This document shows, piece after piece, positions 27,532-37,823 of a DNA stretch of 64,000 bases. Location of the stretch: assembly GCA_016198685.1 (NCBI GenBank), contig JACQID010000004.1, positions 64,001-128,000 of the forward strand, given 5' to 3'. Within the stretch, counting starts at the first letter, position 1. The number at the start of each line of letters is the position of its first letter. A program made the translations under genes and the position numbers. The stretch is from Candidatus Aenigmatarchaeota archaeon. GTDB taxonomy: Archaea; Aenigmatarchaeota; Aenigmatarchaeia; GW2011-AR5. The notes beneath the pieces were generated by a model. It searched no databases. It was not told where the DNA came from and saw nothing but the letters and a program-made list of their open reading frames with translations.

Positions 27532-27711
27532 CTACACTCTTATCGCGTAAGTTCCCGGCGCGCTTATGCCAAGCTTTTTTGCGATTTCTGAATTTACATC
27601 GAATATCATCACAGCGCCTTGGAAGCTGCTAGTCAGTTCTGAAGTTTGGCATACCGGGCACACTGAGCCTTCCACAATTCTTTTGCACTTCCTGCACGCT
27701 CTTCTTGCCAT
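27532..27711 (-). CDS. spt4: Transcription elongation factor Spt4 (RpoE''), 59 aa, below the ORF-track cutoff
   Basis: Hand translation MARRACRKCKRIVEGSVCPVCQTSELTSSFQGAVMIFDVNSEIAKKLGISAPGTYAIRV, ending in TAG. Confidence 0.93.
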   Translation of the reverse strand: MARRACRKCKRIVEGSVCPVCQTSELTSSFQGAVMIFDVNSEIAKKLGISAPGTYAIRV

Positions 27712-27728
27712 TCTTCATTCACGTCCAA

Positions 27729-28301
27729 TCATTTTTTCTCTTCTTTCTTCGGTTCCTTAGTCGTCTTCTTCTTGTCTCTTTCGAGCCATTCAAGAGCGCC
27801 CATGCAAGGCTGTCTCATGGTAAGTGAGATCTTGCTTCTTCCCTTGCCGAGGGACACCCCAACAACTCTTGCGCGTATTATATTGCCTTCCTGCAGCTTG
27901 TTGCCGGTTTTCTTTCCGGTAAATACAGAGTTCTTCGGGTCATACGCCATTTTGTCGTCCATAACCTGAGAAACATGAATAAGTGCATCTATCGGGCCTA
28001 TTCTTGTGAATGCGCCGAACTCGGTAACATCAACAACTTCTCCAAGAACCATTTCATTGACTTCGGGCCTGTATACAAGGATCTTAAACTGGGCAGGATA
28101 GTGTATAGCGCCATCTTCAGGCACGATAGATCCTTCGCCTACTTCCATGACATCCGTTACAGCCAGCAAAACACCGAGTTCTGGAAATATCTTGCCTTCT
28201 ATTGTCTCCTGAAGGCTTTCCTTGATTGCATCGTTAATTTCAAGGCCAAATTTGGCTGGGAGTACCCTTACGTTATCCTTTATCGTTACAGTTTTGAACA
28301 T
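27729..28301 (-). CDS. rpoE1: RNA polymerase subunit E' (Rpo7)
   Basis: GEGSIVPEDGAIHY, FGAFTRIGPIDALIHVSQVMDD, LTMRQPCMG. Confidence 0.96.
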   Translation of the reverse strand: MFKTVTIKDNVRVLPAKFGLEINDAIKESLQETIEGKIFPELGVLLAVTDVMEVGEGSIVPEDGAIHYPAQFKILVYRPEVNEMVLGEVVDVTEFGAFTRIGPIDALIHVSQVMDDKMAYDPKNSVFTGKKTGNKLQEGNIIRARVVGVSLGKGRSKISLTMRQPCMGALEWLERDKKKTTKEPKKEEKK

Positions 28302-28306
28302 ATTTT

Positions 28307-30277
28307 TTACACCAATGAAAACGTGACTATCACATGCACAAATATGATAGCTATTACGTTCATAACCTTTATTAATGGATTGATAGCCGGGCCTGAAGTG
28401 TCCTTAAAGGGATCGCCCACAGTATCGCCGACTACTGCAGCCTTATGAGCATCAGAACCCTTGCCTCCAAAAGCGCCTTTTTCGATATACTTCTTTGCAT
28501 TATCCCATGCGCCGCCAGCTGTTGTCATGAGTATTGCCATGAGAAAGCCGGTGACTATGGAGCCCATGAGAAGGCCTCCAAGTGCTACAGGGCCAAGCAA
28601 TATGCCGACAAGCAGAGGCGATGCTACAGAGAGGATGCCGGGCAATGCCATTTCTTTCAGAGCAGACGTTGTGACGATATCGACGCATCTGCTGTAATCC
28701 GGTTTTGCCTTGCCTTTGAGTATGCCCATCTTGAATTGAGCTCTGACTTCTTCAACTACGCCGTAAGCGGCCTTGCCGACGGCAGCCATTGTCATGGCAG
28801 AGAATAGGAACGTTACTATGCCTCCAATCATGAGGCCTGCGAGCACGAACGGATCGTCAATCTTGAAGGAAATTATCTCAGTGATTCCTGCACTTGCACG
28901 GGCAGAATTCACTTCTGAAACATACGTCGCAAATAGCGTCAATGCCGCGAGCGCGGCAGAGCCTATTGCAAATGCTTTAGTCACGGCTTTGGTCGTATTA
29001 CCTACTGCATCCAGAGCATCGGTGACTTCCCTGATATTCTTGTCAAGCTTGGACATCTCGGCTATTCCGCCGGCATTGTCTGTGATAGGACCGTAGGCGT
29101 CCATGGTTATTACTATGCCTGTAAGGGACAGCATCGCCATGACCGCAACAGCGACTCCATAGATCCCTGCCAGATAATATGAAACCAGTATCCCTCCTGC
29201 AACTATCAATGCAGGCAATGCCACGGACTGCATTCCCACCGCAAGGCCGGCGATCATTGTTGTAGCCGGTCCGGAGCGCGATGACTCAGCTATGTAGCGC
29301 ACAGGCGCATGTTTTTCAGAAGTATAGTATTCGGTCACTGCGAAGAGAAGCACTGAGATGCCCAACCCTACAAGAGAGGAATAGAAGATATTTCCTTCAA
29401 GGACGAAGTAAAGTATAATTGCCGAAAGTATTACTGATGTGAAAAGGCCCCTGTAAAGGGCGCCCATTATGCTCTTTCCGCCCCGTATTGCGTATACGCC
29501 TATGACTGATGCCGCGAGCGCAACAGCCCCTATGATTAAAGGCGTTTCAGCTGAGAAGCCCAGCAAAGATCCTATGAGCATTGCACCGAGAGCCGAAACA
29601 ACGTATGTTTCGAAAAGATCCGCGGCCATTCCTGCGCAATCGCCGACATTATCGCCCACATTGTCTGCTATTACGGCCGGGTTTCTTGGGTCGTCTTCAG
29701 GTATGCCTGCCTCAATCTTGCCTACAAGATCAGCGCCGACATCGGCTGCTTTGGTGTAGATGCCTCCGCCGACTCTGGCAAAAAGGGATATTAACGAAGC
29801 GCCAAAACCAAGGCCGATAAGCATGAACGGATCATTATAGATATAATAGAAAGATGTCAATCCCAAAAGCGCGAGTCCTGCAACGAACATGCCTGTGACT
29901 GCGCCTCCCTTGACGGCCGTGTCAAGGGCTCTCGCAAGGCCGTGCTTGGCTGCGGCTGCCGTTTTGACATTCGCGCGTACAGATATCTGCATGCCCACGT
30001 ATCCTGCAAGTGCGGAAAGAACCGCGCCCGCAGCAAATGTTATTCCAGTAGGAATACTGATGAATGCTGCAAGGAGAACGGCAATGGCAGCTGCAAAAAC
30101 AGCCACGGTTTTGTACTGTCTTTTCAGGTAAGTATTAGCGCCAACTCGTATGGCTGCAGCAATCTCTTCCATCTTGTCATTGCCGCGCTCGCGAAGGAGC
30201 ACGTTGCGAGCCAGAAAGCCGGAAAATGCAATAGCAAGCACGCTGGCGGCAAAAGGTAATTCAAGCATTCTTATCAC
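28307..30277 (-). CDS. hppA: Membrane-bound proton-translocating pyrophosphatase, K+-independent type
   Basis: GGIYTKAADVGADLVGKIEAGIPEDDPRNPA, DAYGPITDNAGG, GNTTKA (Lys at the K+-dependence position), GDPFKDTSGP. Confidence 0.96.
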   Translation of the reverse strand: MIRMLELPFAASVLAIAFSGFLARNVLLRERGNDKMEEIAAAIRVGANTYLKRQYKTVAVFAAAIAVLLAAFISIPTGITFAAGAVLSALAGYVGMQISVRANVKTAAAAKHGLARALDTAVKGGAVTGMFVAGLALLGLTSFYYIYNDPFMLIGLGFGASLISLFARVGGGIYTKAADVGADLVGKIEAGIPEDDPRNPAVIADNVGDNVGDCAGMAADLFETYVVSALGAMLIGSLLGFSAETPLIIGAVALAASVIGVYAIRGGKSIMGALYRGLFTSVILSAIILYFVLEGNIFYSSLVGLGISVLLFAVTEYYTSEKHAPVRYIAESSRSGPATTMIAGLAVGMQSVALPALIVAGGILVSYYLAGIYGVAVAVMAMLSLTGIVITMDAYGPITDNAGGIAEMSKLDKNIREVTDALDAVGNTTKAVTKAFAIGSAALAALTLFATYVSEVNSARASAGITEIISFKIDDPFVLAGLMIGGIVTFLFSAMTMAAVGKAAYGVVEEVRAQFKMGILKGKAKPDYSRCVDIVTTSALKEMALPGILSVASPLLVGILLGPVALGGLLMGSIVTGFLMAILMTTAGGAWDNAKKYIEKGAFGGKGSDAHKAAVVGDTVGDPFKDTSGPAINPLIKVMNVIAIIFVHVIVTFSLV

Positions 30278-30633
30278 TCTATGAATATACGCTTCTTTTG
30301 TTTAAGCCGCAAAACTTTAATACCTGATTCCTTGAGTTTTTTTATCAACGCAGCGTCATTCGTGGCGACGGCGTAGCCTTTTTCGGCTTTTTCCATGAGG
30401 CTAAAATCTGTGTTACCGGAGGCTTCGATAATTTTGACACCCTTTTTTTGCAAAAGCTCAAGTGCCACACGAGCTGCCGGGGCATCTTTCTTCCTGCTTC
30501 CCGCGAGCTTTTCAAGTTCTTGGATGCACGAACTTAATGTAAACAGATCGTTGCCCTGAAGTTCTCCGAACACATCGGCTTTGAACTGGGCTACTGCCAT
30601 GAGGAAATTGGTATCAAGCAGGATTTTCATCAT
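30274..30633 (-). CDS. PIN-domain ribonuclease (Fcf1/Utp24-like)
   Basis: ILLDTNFL...ATNDAALIKKL...LRLKQKK. Confidence 0.88.
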   Translation of the reverse strand: MMKILLDTNFLMAVAQFKADVFGELQGNDLFTLSSCIQELEKLAGSRKKDAPAARVALELLQKKGVKIIEASGNTDFSLMEKAEKGYAVATNDAALIKKLKESGIKVLRLKQKKRIFIE

Positions 30634-30703
30634 TTATATATAAGAAACCCCTTTTTAAGGGCCAATATGTTTATATATATTTACTATTTAGTAGTCATGA
30701 AAT

Positions 30704-31786
30704 ATGTCATTAAACCATCATGAATATGGAATCGGTGCCCGTCATTATGGACCTCCGTTATTGATACCAGATACGTCAGCTTTGGTAAAAGCAGGCCAGA
30801 ATGACATGGGCGTGTATTCGTCCCTGGCTGAAATGAGGAAGGAATTATCTGGGATGGGCATGATGCCAAATTCTAGGATTGCGGATACTGTATTTTTACG
30901 GAGAGTTTCTGAGGAATATCATAGGTTGCATGAGAAAGGAGCGAGGAATGAGTACGGAATCCCTAAGGCATGTTATGCGATGCTGGAACAGGGAGACATC
31001 ACAGAATTTCCGGAGAGCCTGAAACCGGCTCTTGCACAGACAAGAAAGCTCTGGAAGTCGACTTCCAGGAAAGCATGGCAAGGGAACGGCCCTGGGAAAA
31101 CAGACGAGGATATAATCACGTTGGCTCTCTACCATGCAAGAAACGGATCTATTTGCTACGTCATGACATACGATGACGATATACGCGCGCCGCTGGCGCA
31201 GGCGATGAAGGAGTATACGAATTTGCGTCTCTGCAGACAATCTCTTCATCCGGCAGGCGCCATAGTCATGGAAATGGAAGAACGCGGAGAAGCGTTATTG
31301 TTTCCTCCAGAGATATTGGGTGCCATATATGGAATGGCTACGCCGAGAGCGCCTGAATATTATCTTCTCGCCGCAAAAGTTCCTTTGGCGGGTAAACTGG
31401 AAGAGGCGGCACTTTCCATACATCCCATACAGGATTGCATCAGGAAGGAAGAAAGCGGGGTTTCACGTTACCGGATTTTCCCGGTCGATTTAGACGAAAT
31501 AAGGGGCAAGGCAAATGCGGAGAGAATAAAGAAGGACTATGCGAAGCAGTCAACGGAGCGGCTTTCCGGCCCAATGATTCTTAAGATAACGAAAACGCGT
31601 AAATACGGCGTGATGGAGATGCGAGTAGATAGAATTGACAATAAAATCCGCGGAGGCCGTGTGGTGACAAGCTATACCACCGATATCCCGAGGCCATGGA
31701 TACATGTAGAAAACAGATACCTAAAAGAATTCTCGCCGGAAACCCTCGAAGCAATAAAAGAAGCGAAAAGCCGCCATCCAAAATAG
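30704..31786 (+). CDS. Hypothetical protein with an N-terminal PIN-like domain
   Basis: LLIPDTSAL, TDEDIITLA and VMTYDDDI acidic motifs in PIN order. Confidence 0.55.
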   Translation: MSLNHHEYGIGARHYGPPLLIPDTSALVKAGQNDMGVYSSLAEMRKELSGMGMMPNSRIADTVFLRRVSEEYHRLHEKGARNEYGIPKACYAMLEQGDITEFPESLKPALAQTRKLWKSTSRKAWQGNGPGKTDEDIITLALYHARNGSICYVMTYDDDIRAPLAQAMKEYTNLRLCRQSLHPAGAIVMEMEERGEALLFPPEILGAIYGMATPRAPEYYLLAAKVPLAGKLEEAALSIHPIQDCIRKEESGVSRYRIFPVDLDEIRGKANAERIKKDYAKQSTERLSGPMILKITKTRKYGVMEMRVDRIDNKIRGGRVVTSYTTDIPRPWIHVENRYLKEFSPETLEAIKEAKSRHPK

Positions 31787-31908
31787 ATGCTTCGTAAAAC
31801 ATACAGATTTTCCGTATAAAAACTTATCGAGTCAAGAATTATGTATAAATATTACAACAAAGCCCTATTGCTACAATGTACTGATGGGCTTTTGATTACG
31901 GTGTAAAA

Positions 31909-32589
31909 ATGGTTACAGTGGATAAAGCCGTCATAGCACGGCTGGATAAAGGGGGCAAGCATTTTGAGGTGCTTGTGGACCCGGAACTTGCCTACGCCTT
32001 GAAGGAGGGCAAGTCTGTTTCTATTCAGGCGATGTTAGCGGTCAACCAAGTTTTTAGTGACGCATCTAAGGGAACGAAATCATCTGAAGATGACATGAAG
32101 CTCTTCAAGAGCGATGTTTTCTCTGCGGCAGAAGAAATAATCAAGAAGGGCGATGTACAGCTCACCGCAGAATTCCGAAGGAAGAAAGCAGAAGATAAGA
32201 GGCGCCAGATAGCATCTATTATAAGCAAGAACGCGATCAATCCGCAAACCAAGCTGCCGCATCCGCAGGAGAGGATCGAGAATGCGATGGAAAAAGCAAG
32301 GGTCAACATAGACCCGTTTCTTTCTGCAGACCAGCAGATTCCGGCAATACTTGCAGCTCTTCGGCCGATACTTCCCATAAGCATAGAGCAGGCCGAGATA
32401 GAAGTCAAGATATCGGCAAAATATGCCTCGCGTGTATTTGGAGCGCTGAAGAGCCTGGGCGAAATTTCAGGCCAAACATGGGGTTCTGACGGCTCTCTGG
32501 TTGCAAAGATAAAAGTTCCTGCCGGTTTGAAGCAGACGATTTATAGTAAAATTAACGCCCTCACCGAGGGAAGTGCAATAATAAAGTGA
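31909..32589 (+). CDS. sdo1: Ribosome maturation factor SBDS/Sdo1
   Basis: AVIARL...KHFEVLVDP, INPQTKLPHPQERIE; first gene of the exosome operon. Confidence 0.95.
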   Translation: MVTVDKAVIARLDKGGKHFEVLVDPELAYALKEGKSVSIQAMLAVNQVFSDASKGTKSSEDDMKLFKSDVFSAAEEIIKKGDVQLTAEFRRKKAEDKRRQIASIISKNAINPQTKLPHPQERIENAMEKARVNIDPFLSADQQIPAILAALRPILPISIEQAEIEVKISAKYASRVFGALKSLGEISGQTWGSDGSLVAKIKVPAGLKQTIYSKINALTEGSAIIK

Positions 32590-32612
32590 TTCTGAAACGA
32601 GGTGTTTTGAAA

Positions 32613-33350
32613 ATGAATGAAGAGGATTTCGGAAGAAAACTCGTAATACCGGGAGATGAGATAGGCTCCGGCAAAGCAGGCCACAATGCCTATGAAGAGG
32701 ACGGAAAGGTCCTTTCTAAGGTAGTTGGTCTTGCCGAAAGGCGTAATGGAATGGCGTTTGTCATACCATTAAGCGGAATATACAGCCCAAAGAGGGGCGA
32801 TGGAGTCGTTGGCAAGGTACAGGAAGTGTCGTTCTCAAAGTGGATAGTCGACGTAAACTCGCCTTACGATGCAGTGCTTCCTCTGAATGAGGCCGTCGAT
32901 GAATTCGTTGATTTCACCAAGACTGATCTCACAAAATATTTCAATTATGGAGACATGGTCTTTGCTGAAATTTCTTCGGTTTCGAAGACCAAGAATGTCC
33001 AGCTTTCTATGCGTGACAGAAAATGCAGAAAGCTGCGTGAAGGCAGGATAATAAAAGTAGTGCCCGCAAAAGTGCCAAGAATAATAGGCAAGAGCGGAAG
33101 CATGGTAGAGATGATAAAAAGCATGACAGGAACGCAGATAGTCGTAGGCCAGAACGGCGTAGTCTGGATAAAGGGCGAGAACGAAGTCGTGGCCGCAGAA
33201 GCGATTCTGACTGTAGAGAAAATGGCCCAGAAACAGGGGCTCACGGATTACATAAAGGACATCCTTGAGAAAAAAATGGGCAAGCCTTACGAGGCCCAGC
33301 CCAAAAGGAGCGAAGAATTCGCAGAAGAAGAATTCAAGGAAGGTGAATAA
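32613..33350 (+). CDS. rrp4: Exosome RNA-binding subunit Rrp4
   Basis: VIPGDEI, S1 domain, KVPRIIGKSGSM KH domain, GQNGVVWI. Confidence 0.95.
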   Translation: MNEEDFGRKLVIPGDEIGSGKAGHNAYEEDGKVLSKVVGLAERRNGMAFVIPLSGIYSPKRGDGVVGKVQEVSFSKWIVDVNSPYDAVLPLNEAVDEFVDFTKTDLTKYFNYGDMVFAEISSVSKTKNVQLSMRDRKCRKLREGRIIKVVPAKVPRIIGKSGSMVEMIKSMTGTQIVVGQNGVVWIKGENEVVAAEAILTVEKMAQKQGLTDYIKDILEKKMGKPYEAQPKRSEEFAEEEFKEGE

Positions 33351-33351
33351 T

Positions 33352-34077
33352 ATGGGCGGAAATACAACTGACAAGGATTTGATGAAGAACGGCATCCGTC
33401 TTGACGGACGGAGAGCTGACGAACTCAGACCTATCGAAGCTAAAGTAGGAGTGCTCAAGAACGCCGACGGATCTGCAATGTTCAAGATAGGAAATACATG
33501 CGCCATAGCAGGCGTTTACGGGCCGCGTGTCGTGCACCCGAAGCATGAAGAAGAGGCCGAGCGTGCTGTGCTAAGAACAAGATACAACATGGCAGCGTTC
33601 GCAACAAAGGAGCGCAGCAGGCCGGGACCCAGCAGGAGGAGCGTGGAGATATCCATGGTGACAAGGCAGGCGCTTTCGTCTGTTCTCTTCCTTGAAGAGT
33701 TTCCCAAGACGGCCATAGACGTTTTTATAGAAGTTACAGAGGCGGACGCATCAACAAGATGCGCAGGCATAAATGCAGCGTCCCTGGCTTTGGCTGATGC
33801 AGGCATACCCATGAGGGATCTTGTGGCATCCTGTTCTGCAGGAAAAATTCAGGGCCACACGGTCCTGGACATAGCAGGCGAAGAAGATACTGCAGGGGAA
33901 CTTGACCTTCCTGTGGCGTACTATACGAAGAAGAGTCAAATAACTCTGCTTCAGATGGATGGCCTTACAAACAAGGAAGAATTCAAGAAAATTGTGGACC
34001 TTGCCGTGAAAGGCTGCAAGGAAATCTACAAGAAGCAGCAGGAAGCCCTGCGTGAAAAATATTCTGAAGGTGAATAA
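33352..34077 (+). CDS. rrp41: Exosome catalytic subunit Rrp41
   Basis: RLDGRRADELRP, RPGPSRRSVEIS, ADASTRCAGINA, LLQMDG; GGTGA RBS. Confidence 0.96.
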   Translation: MGGNTTDKDLMKNGIRLDGRRADELRPIEAKVGVLKNADGSAMFKIGNTCAIAGVYGPRVVHPKHEEEAERAVLRTRYNMAAFATKERSRPGPSRRSVEISMVTRQALSSVLFLEEFPKTAIDVFIEVTEADASTRCAGINAASLALADAGIPMRDLVASCSAGKIQGHTVLDIAGEEDTAGELDLPVAYYTKKSQITLLQMDGLTNKEEFKKIVDLAVKGCKEIYKKQQEALREKYSEGE

Positions 34078-34079
34078 AA

Positions 34080-34874
34080 GTGATAGGACTTGATATGGCA
34101 TTGGTAAGAAGAGTCGTTGCAGGCGGAGAAAGACTGGACCAGAGAAAATTCGATGAAATGCGGGAAATCAAAATCGAAACAGGCATAATCTCGTCTGCCG
34201 AAGGCTCAGCTCGCGTTACAATAGGAGAGACCGAAGTTATTGCAGGCGTAAAGATGGCTGTTGGAGAGCCGTTCCCGGATACTGCCGATGAGGGAGTGCT
34301 GATAGTATCGGGGGAGTTCATACCATTCGCAGACCCGCTCTTCGAGCCGGGTCCTCCAAGAGAGGATGCGATAGAGCTTTCCCGTCTTGTTGATAGGGCA
34401 ATACGCGAATCTAAGGCCGTTGACATGAAGAAGCTTTGCATAACGGCCGGCGAGAAGGTTTGGATGATAAACATAGACATAGACATCATAAACAACGGGG
34501 GCAATATGGTCGACGCATCATCGATCGCAGCGGCTGCAGCGCTTGTTACGGCGCGCTTGCCCGAAATCGACGAAAAAGGCAAGGTGCTATATGGAAAGCT
34601 AACTGGCACGAAACTGCCGTTGAGCGGCATACCTATATCGACGACATTTGTGAAGATAGGCGAATCAATAATGATAGACCCGTCTCTTCCTGAATATCAG
34701 GCGTTGGACGCACGTCTTACTATCGGCACTGTAGACAAGAACGGCATAAAATTGTGCTCGATGCAGAAGAACGGCGTTGCAGGATTAAGTATTGATGAAG
34801 TAGAGCGCATGATATCGGTTGCCGAAGAAAAGGGCGAAGAGGTTAGGCAGCTCGTGCGCGACGCCGCAAAATAA
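34080..34874 (+). CDS. rrp42: Exosome subunit Rrp42
   Basis: RLDQRKFDEMREI, PFPDTADEG, IELSRLVDRAIRES. Confidence 0.95.
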   Translation: MIGLDMALVRRVVAGGERLDQRKFDEMREIKIETGIISSAEGSARVTIGETEVIAGVKMAVGEPFPDTADEGVLIVSGEFIPFADPLFEPGPPREDAIELSRLVDRAIRESKAVDMKKLCITAGEKVWMINIDIDIINNGGNMVDASSIAAAAALVTARLPEIDEKGKVLYGKLTGTKLPLSGIPISTTFVKIGESIMIDPSLPEYQALDARLTIGTVDKNGIKLCSMQKNGVAGLSIDEVERMISVAEEKGEEVRQLVRDAAK

Positions 34875-34920
34875 ATTCTTCTTTTTTATCTTCTTTATTC
34901 CTGTAACTTTATGATAAGGA

Positions 34921-36048
34921 TTACTTTCTCTTCTTTTTCATCCAGTCTTCAGCGAGTTTTATTCTTCTCCCTGCCGCAGGGTGGCTATACATCAGCAGTT
35001 CGGCCCATCTCGGAGGCTCATGGTCATGAAGGGCGTTGTCTGCAAGGCGCTTCTCCGTCGATATCTGCGCAACAGGCTTGCGTATGTGATTGAGCGCAAA
35101 CAGGTCCGCGTCTGTTTCCATTCTTCTTGAAAAGAAGCTTGAGAACGGCATGAGCACAAAATTTATGAGCGTGTATGTAAGCATAAACAAAGGCAGTGAT
35201 GCTATGCTATAGGGGTCGAATCCCAGAACAGGGGCAAATATCTTCAGGATAATATCAGTTAGATACAGGACAGGGAATATCGCAATTGCTTCAAGCAGAA
35301 ATCCCTTTAGAATGTCGTGATTGAGGTAATGACCAACCTCATGGCCTATAACGGTATCTATTTCATCTTTCGTGAAATTGTTCATGAGGGTGTCAAACAA
35401 GACTATTCTTTTGGTATTTCCAAATCCCGTGAACAACGCATTTGCCTTCACAGAACGCTGGCTTTCATTTGCAATCAGTACACTATTTATTCCCTTCGCC
35501 CCTAAATTCCTGCAGATTTTGAGAATCTTATTTTTGTATTTCTTGTCTTTTAGGGGTTGCAGCTTGTAGAACAGCGGAAGAATGAATATTGGCGATAGAT
35601 ACTCAAGAACCGCAACCATGGCAATATATATCATGCCTGCCCAGAGCCACCAGAGCTCGTAAGATGACATGAGATAATAAACCCCCGTTATGGCGACAAG
35701 CGAAAAGGCATACGATAGGAATGATGATTTGGCATAATCCTTGGCCCAGCCGCCTAGAGTTTGTGTCGATAGGCTGTGCTTGTGCTCATATACAAACGAT
35801 GAATAGAATCTCAAAGGCAGATGCACTAAGGATAATATAATCAGAAAAAATATGGTATAGAGGGGTACGGCCAGCCACCCTTCAGGCATGATTGACGCTA
35901 GATAATTGCTCCCTCCGAAATACAGGAAAGCCGTCAAAAAAACGACAGGAACGGCAAAACCGTTGATAAGACCGTTCATTATCTTTGTCATTGTATAAAT
36001 TTTGGCGGTTCTGCGCTTCTTCGGATCGAATGAATATGGGTACTTCAT
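34921..36048 (-). CDS. M48-family zinc metalloprotease (Ste24/CAAX-type)
   Basis: NALFTGFGNTKRIVLFDTL, HEVGH, ETDAD, YSHP; N-terminal TM helices. Confidence 0.93.
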   Translation of the reverse strand: MKYPYSFDPKKRRTAKIYTMTKIMNGLINGFAVPVVFLTAFLYFGGSNYLASIMPEGWLAVPLYTIFFLIILSLVHLPLRFYSSFVYEHKHSLSTQTLGGWAKDYAKSSFLSYAFSLVAITGVYYLMSSYELWWLWAGMIYIAMVAVLEYLSPIFILPLFYKLQPLKDKKYKNKILKICRNLGAKGINSVLIANESQRSVKANALFTGFGNTKRIVLFDTLMNNFTKDEIDTVIGHEVGHYLNHDILKGFLLEAIAIFPVLYLTDIILKIFAPVLGFDPYSIASLPLFMLTYTLINFVLMPFSSFFSRRMETDADLFALNHIRKPVAQISTEKRLADNALHDHEPPRWAELLMYSHPAAGRRIKLAEDWMKKKRK

Positions 36049-36058
36049 GCTCTCTTCC

Positions 36059-36736
36059 TCAAATATAATTTTCGAAATGTATTCGCTTCCGCTCGAACCC
36101 TATTTCTTCGAGAAGTTGCCTTACCTCTGTGACCATTTGCATTAGCCCGCATATATAGGCCTCTCCGTTTTTTTTGGCGTATTTTTTAACCGTGTCCTGT
36201 ACATGTCCTTTTTCGCCTTGCCATTCTTCCCGGCTTAAGACAGGAATGAAGCTCAACTTTATGGAGCCCGAAATTTTATTCATCTCGTCCTCATAAAGTA
36301 TCTCATTGCGTGTTCTTGCGCCAAAGATTACTGTAACGTGTCCTGCATAATGCCTTTTGACCATCTCAGGAAGCATGCTCATGAAAGGCGCTATGCCTGT
36401 TCCTGTGGCTATGAACATTATATCCTTGCCGGGTTCGTTGAGTGTAAATATTCCGAATGGCTGCGATATTTCCAGCTTTTGGCCCGGCCTCATGTTGCAG
36501 AGGAAATTGGACATGAAGCCGTTTTCCACACGTTTGATGCATAAGCGCAATTCCGGCTCATCCGGATGCGATGCCAGAGAATATGCCCTTTTGACTTTTT
36601 CTCCGTCCTTCTCAGCGAATACGTATATCCACTGGCCGGGCTTGAAAGGGATTTTTTCGTCTGGCACAAGAGAAATTATCTTGACGGTAGGCGAGGCGTT
36701 CTTTATTTCACGTACAGTTGCGAAACTTGTTTTCAT
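36059..36736 (-). CDS. FAD/NAD(P)-binding oxidoreductase (ferredoxin-NADP reductase-like)
   Basis: FKPGQW, RAYSLAS, GFMSNFL, ATGTGIAPF, YICG, HFENY. Confidence 0.9.
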   Translation of the reverse strand: MKTSFATVREIKNASPTVKIISLVPDEKIPFKPGQWIYVFAEKDGEKVKRAYSLASHPDEPELRLCIKRVENGFMSNFLCNMRPGQKLEISQPFGIFTLNEPGKDIMFIATGTGIAPFMSMLPEMVKRHYAGHVTVIFGARTRNEILYEDEMNKISGSIKLSFIPVLSREEWQGEKGHVQDTVKKYAKKNGEAYICGLMQMVTEVRQLLEEIGFERKRIHFENYI

Positions 36737-37101
36737 ATTATCCCCCACATAACTATGCCGAAGAGCGGCCATTGGCTTATTATCGTCGTTCAGATTATTG
36801 TCAAATCCATTACAAATAGTTTTCTCATTGACAACACTACTTTGACTGAGAATTACTATGTGTAAAGAACATTATTTATGTTCCGAAATTATTGTTCTCT
36901 GCCAAAGTTCAAAAAGAAACCCAAAATGGCTTTACGCACAAATCAACTATTAATAAATGAAAGAATACCATATGTACTGAAGGACATAGATAATCGGATC
37001 TTTAATGATGCCCCTCGCATGTCCAAAGGCGTTATTTGCGCGAAAAATAATGCATTTGAGTATAAAAAGGTGGTTCTACGGAGATAGATAACGTTAACCA
37101 G

Positions 37102-37782
37102 ATGGGTTATGATCAGGCCATAGTCGTCTTCTCGCCAGAAGGCAGAATGTATCAGGTCGAATACGCAAGAAAAGCCGTTGAGAGGTCCCCGACTCTTGTA
37201 GGCGTTGTATTTCAGAACGGAATCGTCATGGCTGCTACAAAAAGCCTAAGAAAGCTCATAGTGCCGGAAAGCATAGAAAAAATTTCCAAAGTTGACAGCC
37301 ACATAATAGCGGCTTCGTGCGGCATACTTTCCGATTCCAGAGTCCTTGTAGATTATGCCCGTGTCCGCAGTCAGGTGAACATGATAACATATGACCAGCC
37401 TATAGAAGTCACGACTCTGGTCAAGGATATTTCAGACAGGCTCCAGAAGTTCACGCAGGTAGGCGGCATGCGGCCATTTGGTGTTTCTCTGCTCATAGCA
37501 GGTCACGAGGACGGGTTTTATCATCTATTTGAGACAGATCCTTCCGGAGCCTTCAGAGAATGGAGAGCTCAGGCCATAGGTCGAGGCAGCAAGAAGGCCA
37601 AAAAATATCTTGTCGCCAATTACAAGAAGAAGATGACCAGGGAACAGGCTCTCACGCTTGCACTCAAATCTCTCAAGGAAGCCGAAGAAGAGCTTTCTCA
37701 GGAAACCGTGGAAATAGGTGTAATTGAGGATGGCAAGATATCCATAAACACGCCTGAACTTCTCGCTTCAATAAGGAAATGA
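37102..37782 (+). CDS. psmA: Proteasome subunit alpha
   Basis: YDQAIVVFSPEGRMYQVEYARKA, RPFGVSLLIAG, ETDPSG. Confidence 0.96.
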   Translation: MGYDQAIVVFSPEGRMYQVEYARKAVERSPTLVGVVFQNGIVMAATKSLRKLIVPESIEKISKVDSHIIAASCGILSDSRVLVDYARVRSQVNMITYDQPIEVTTLVKDISDRLQKFTQVGGMRPFGVSLLIAGHEDGFYHLFETDPSGAFREWRAQAIGRGSKKAKKYLVANYKKKMTREQALTLALKSLKEAEEELSQETVEIGVIEDGKISINTPELLASIRK

Positions 37783-37823
37783 AAGGATAACGTTTATTTT
37801 TTTGGCATGCTCATCAAGGGGCT

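Noticed and set aside
36772-37101. Small ORFs (e.g. 36878..37087) in the oxidoreductase-psmA gap
   Set aside because: AT-rich, multiple stops and no motif; treated as intergenic.
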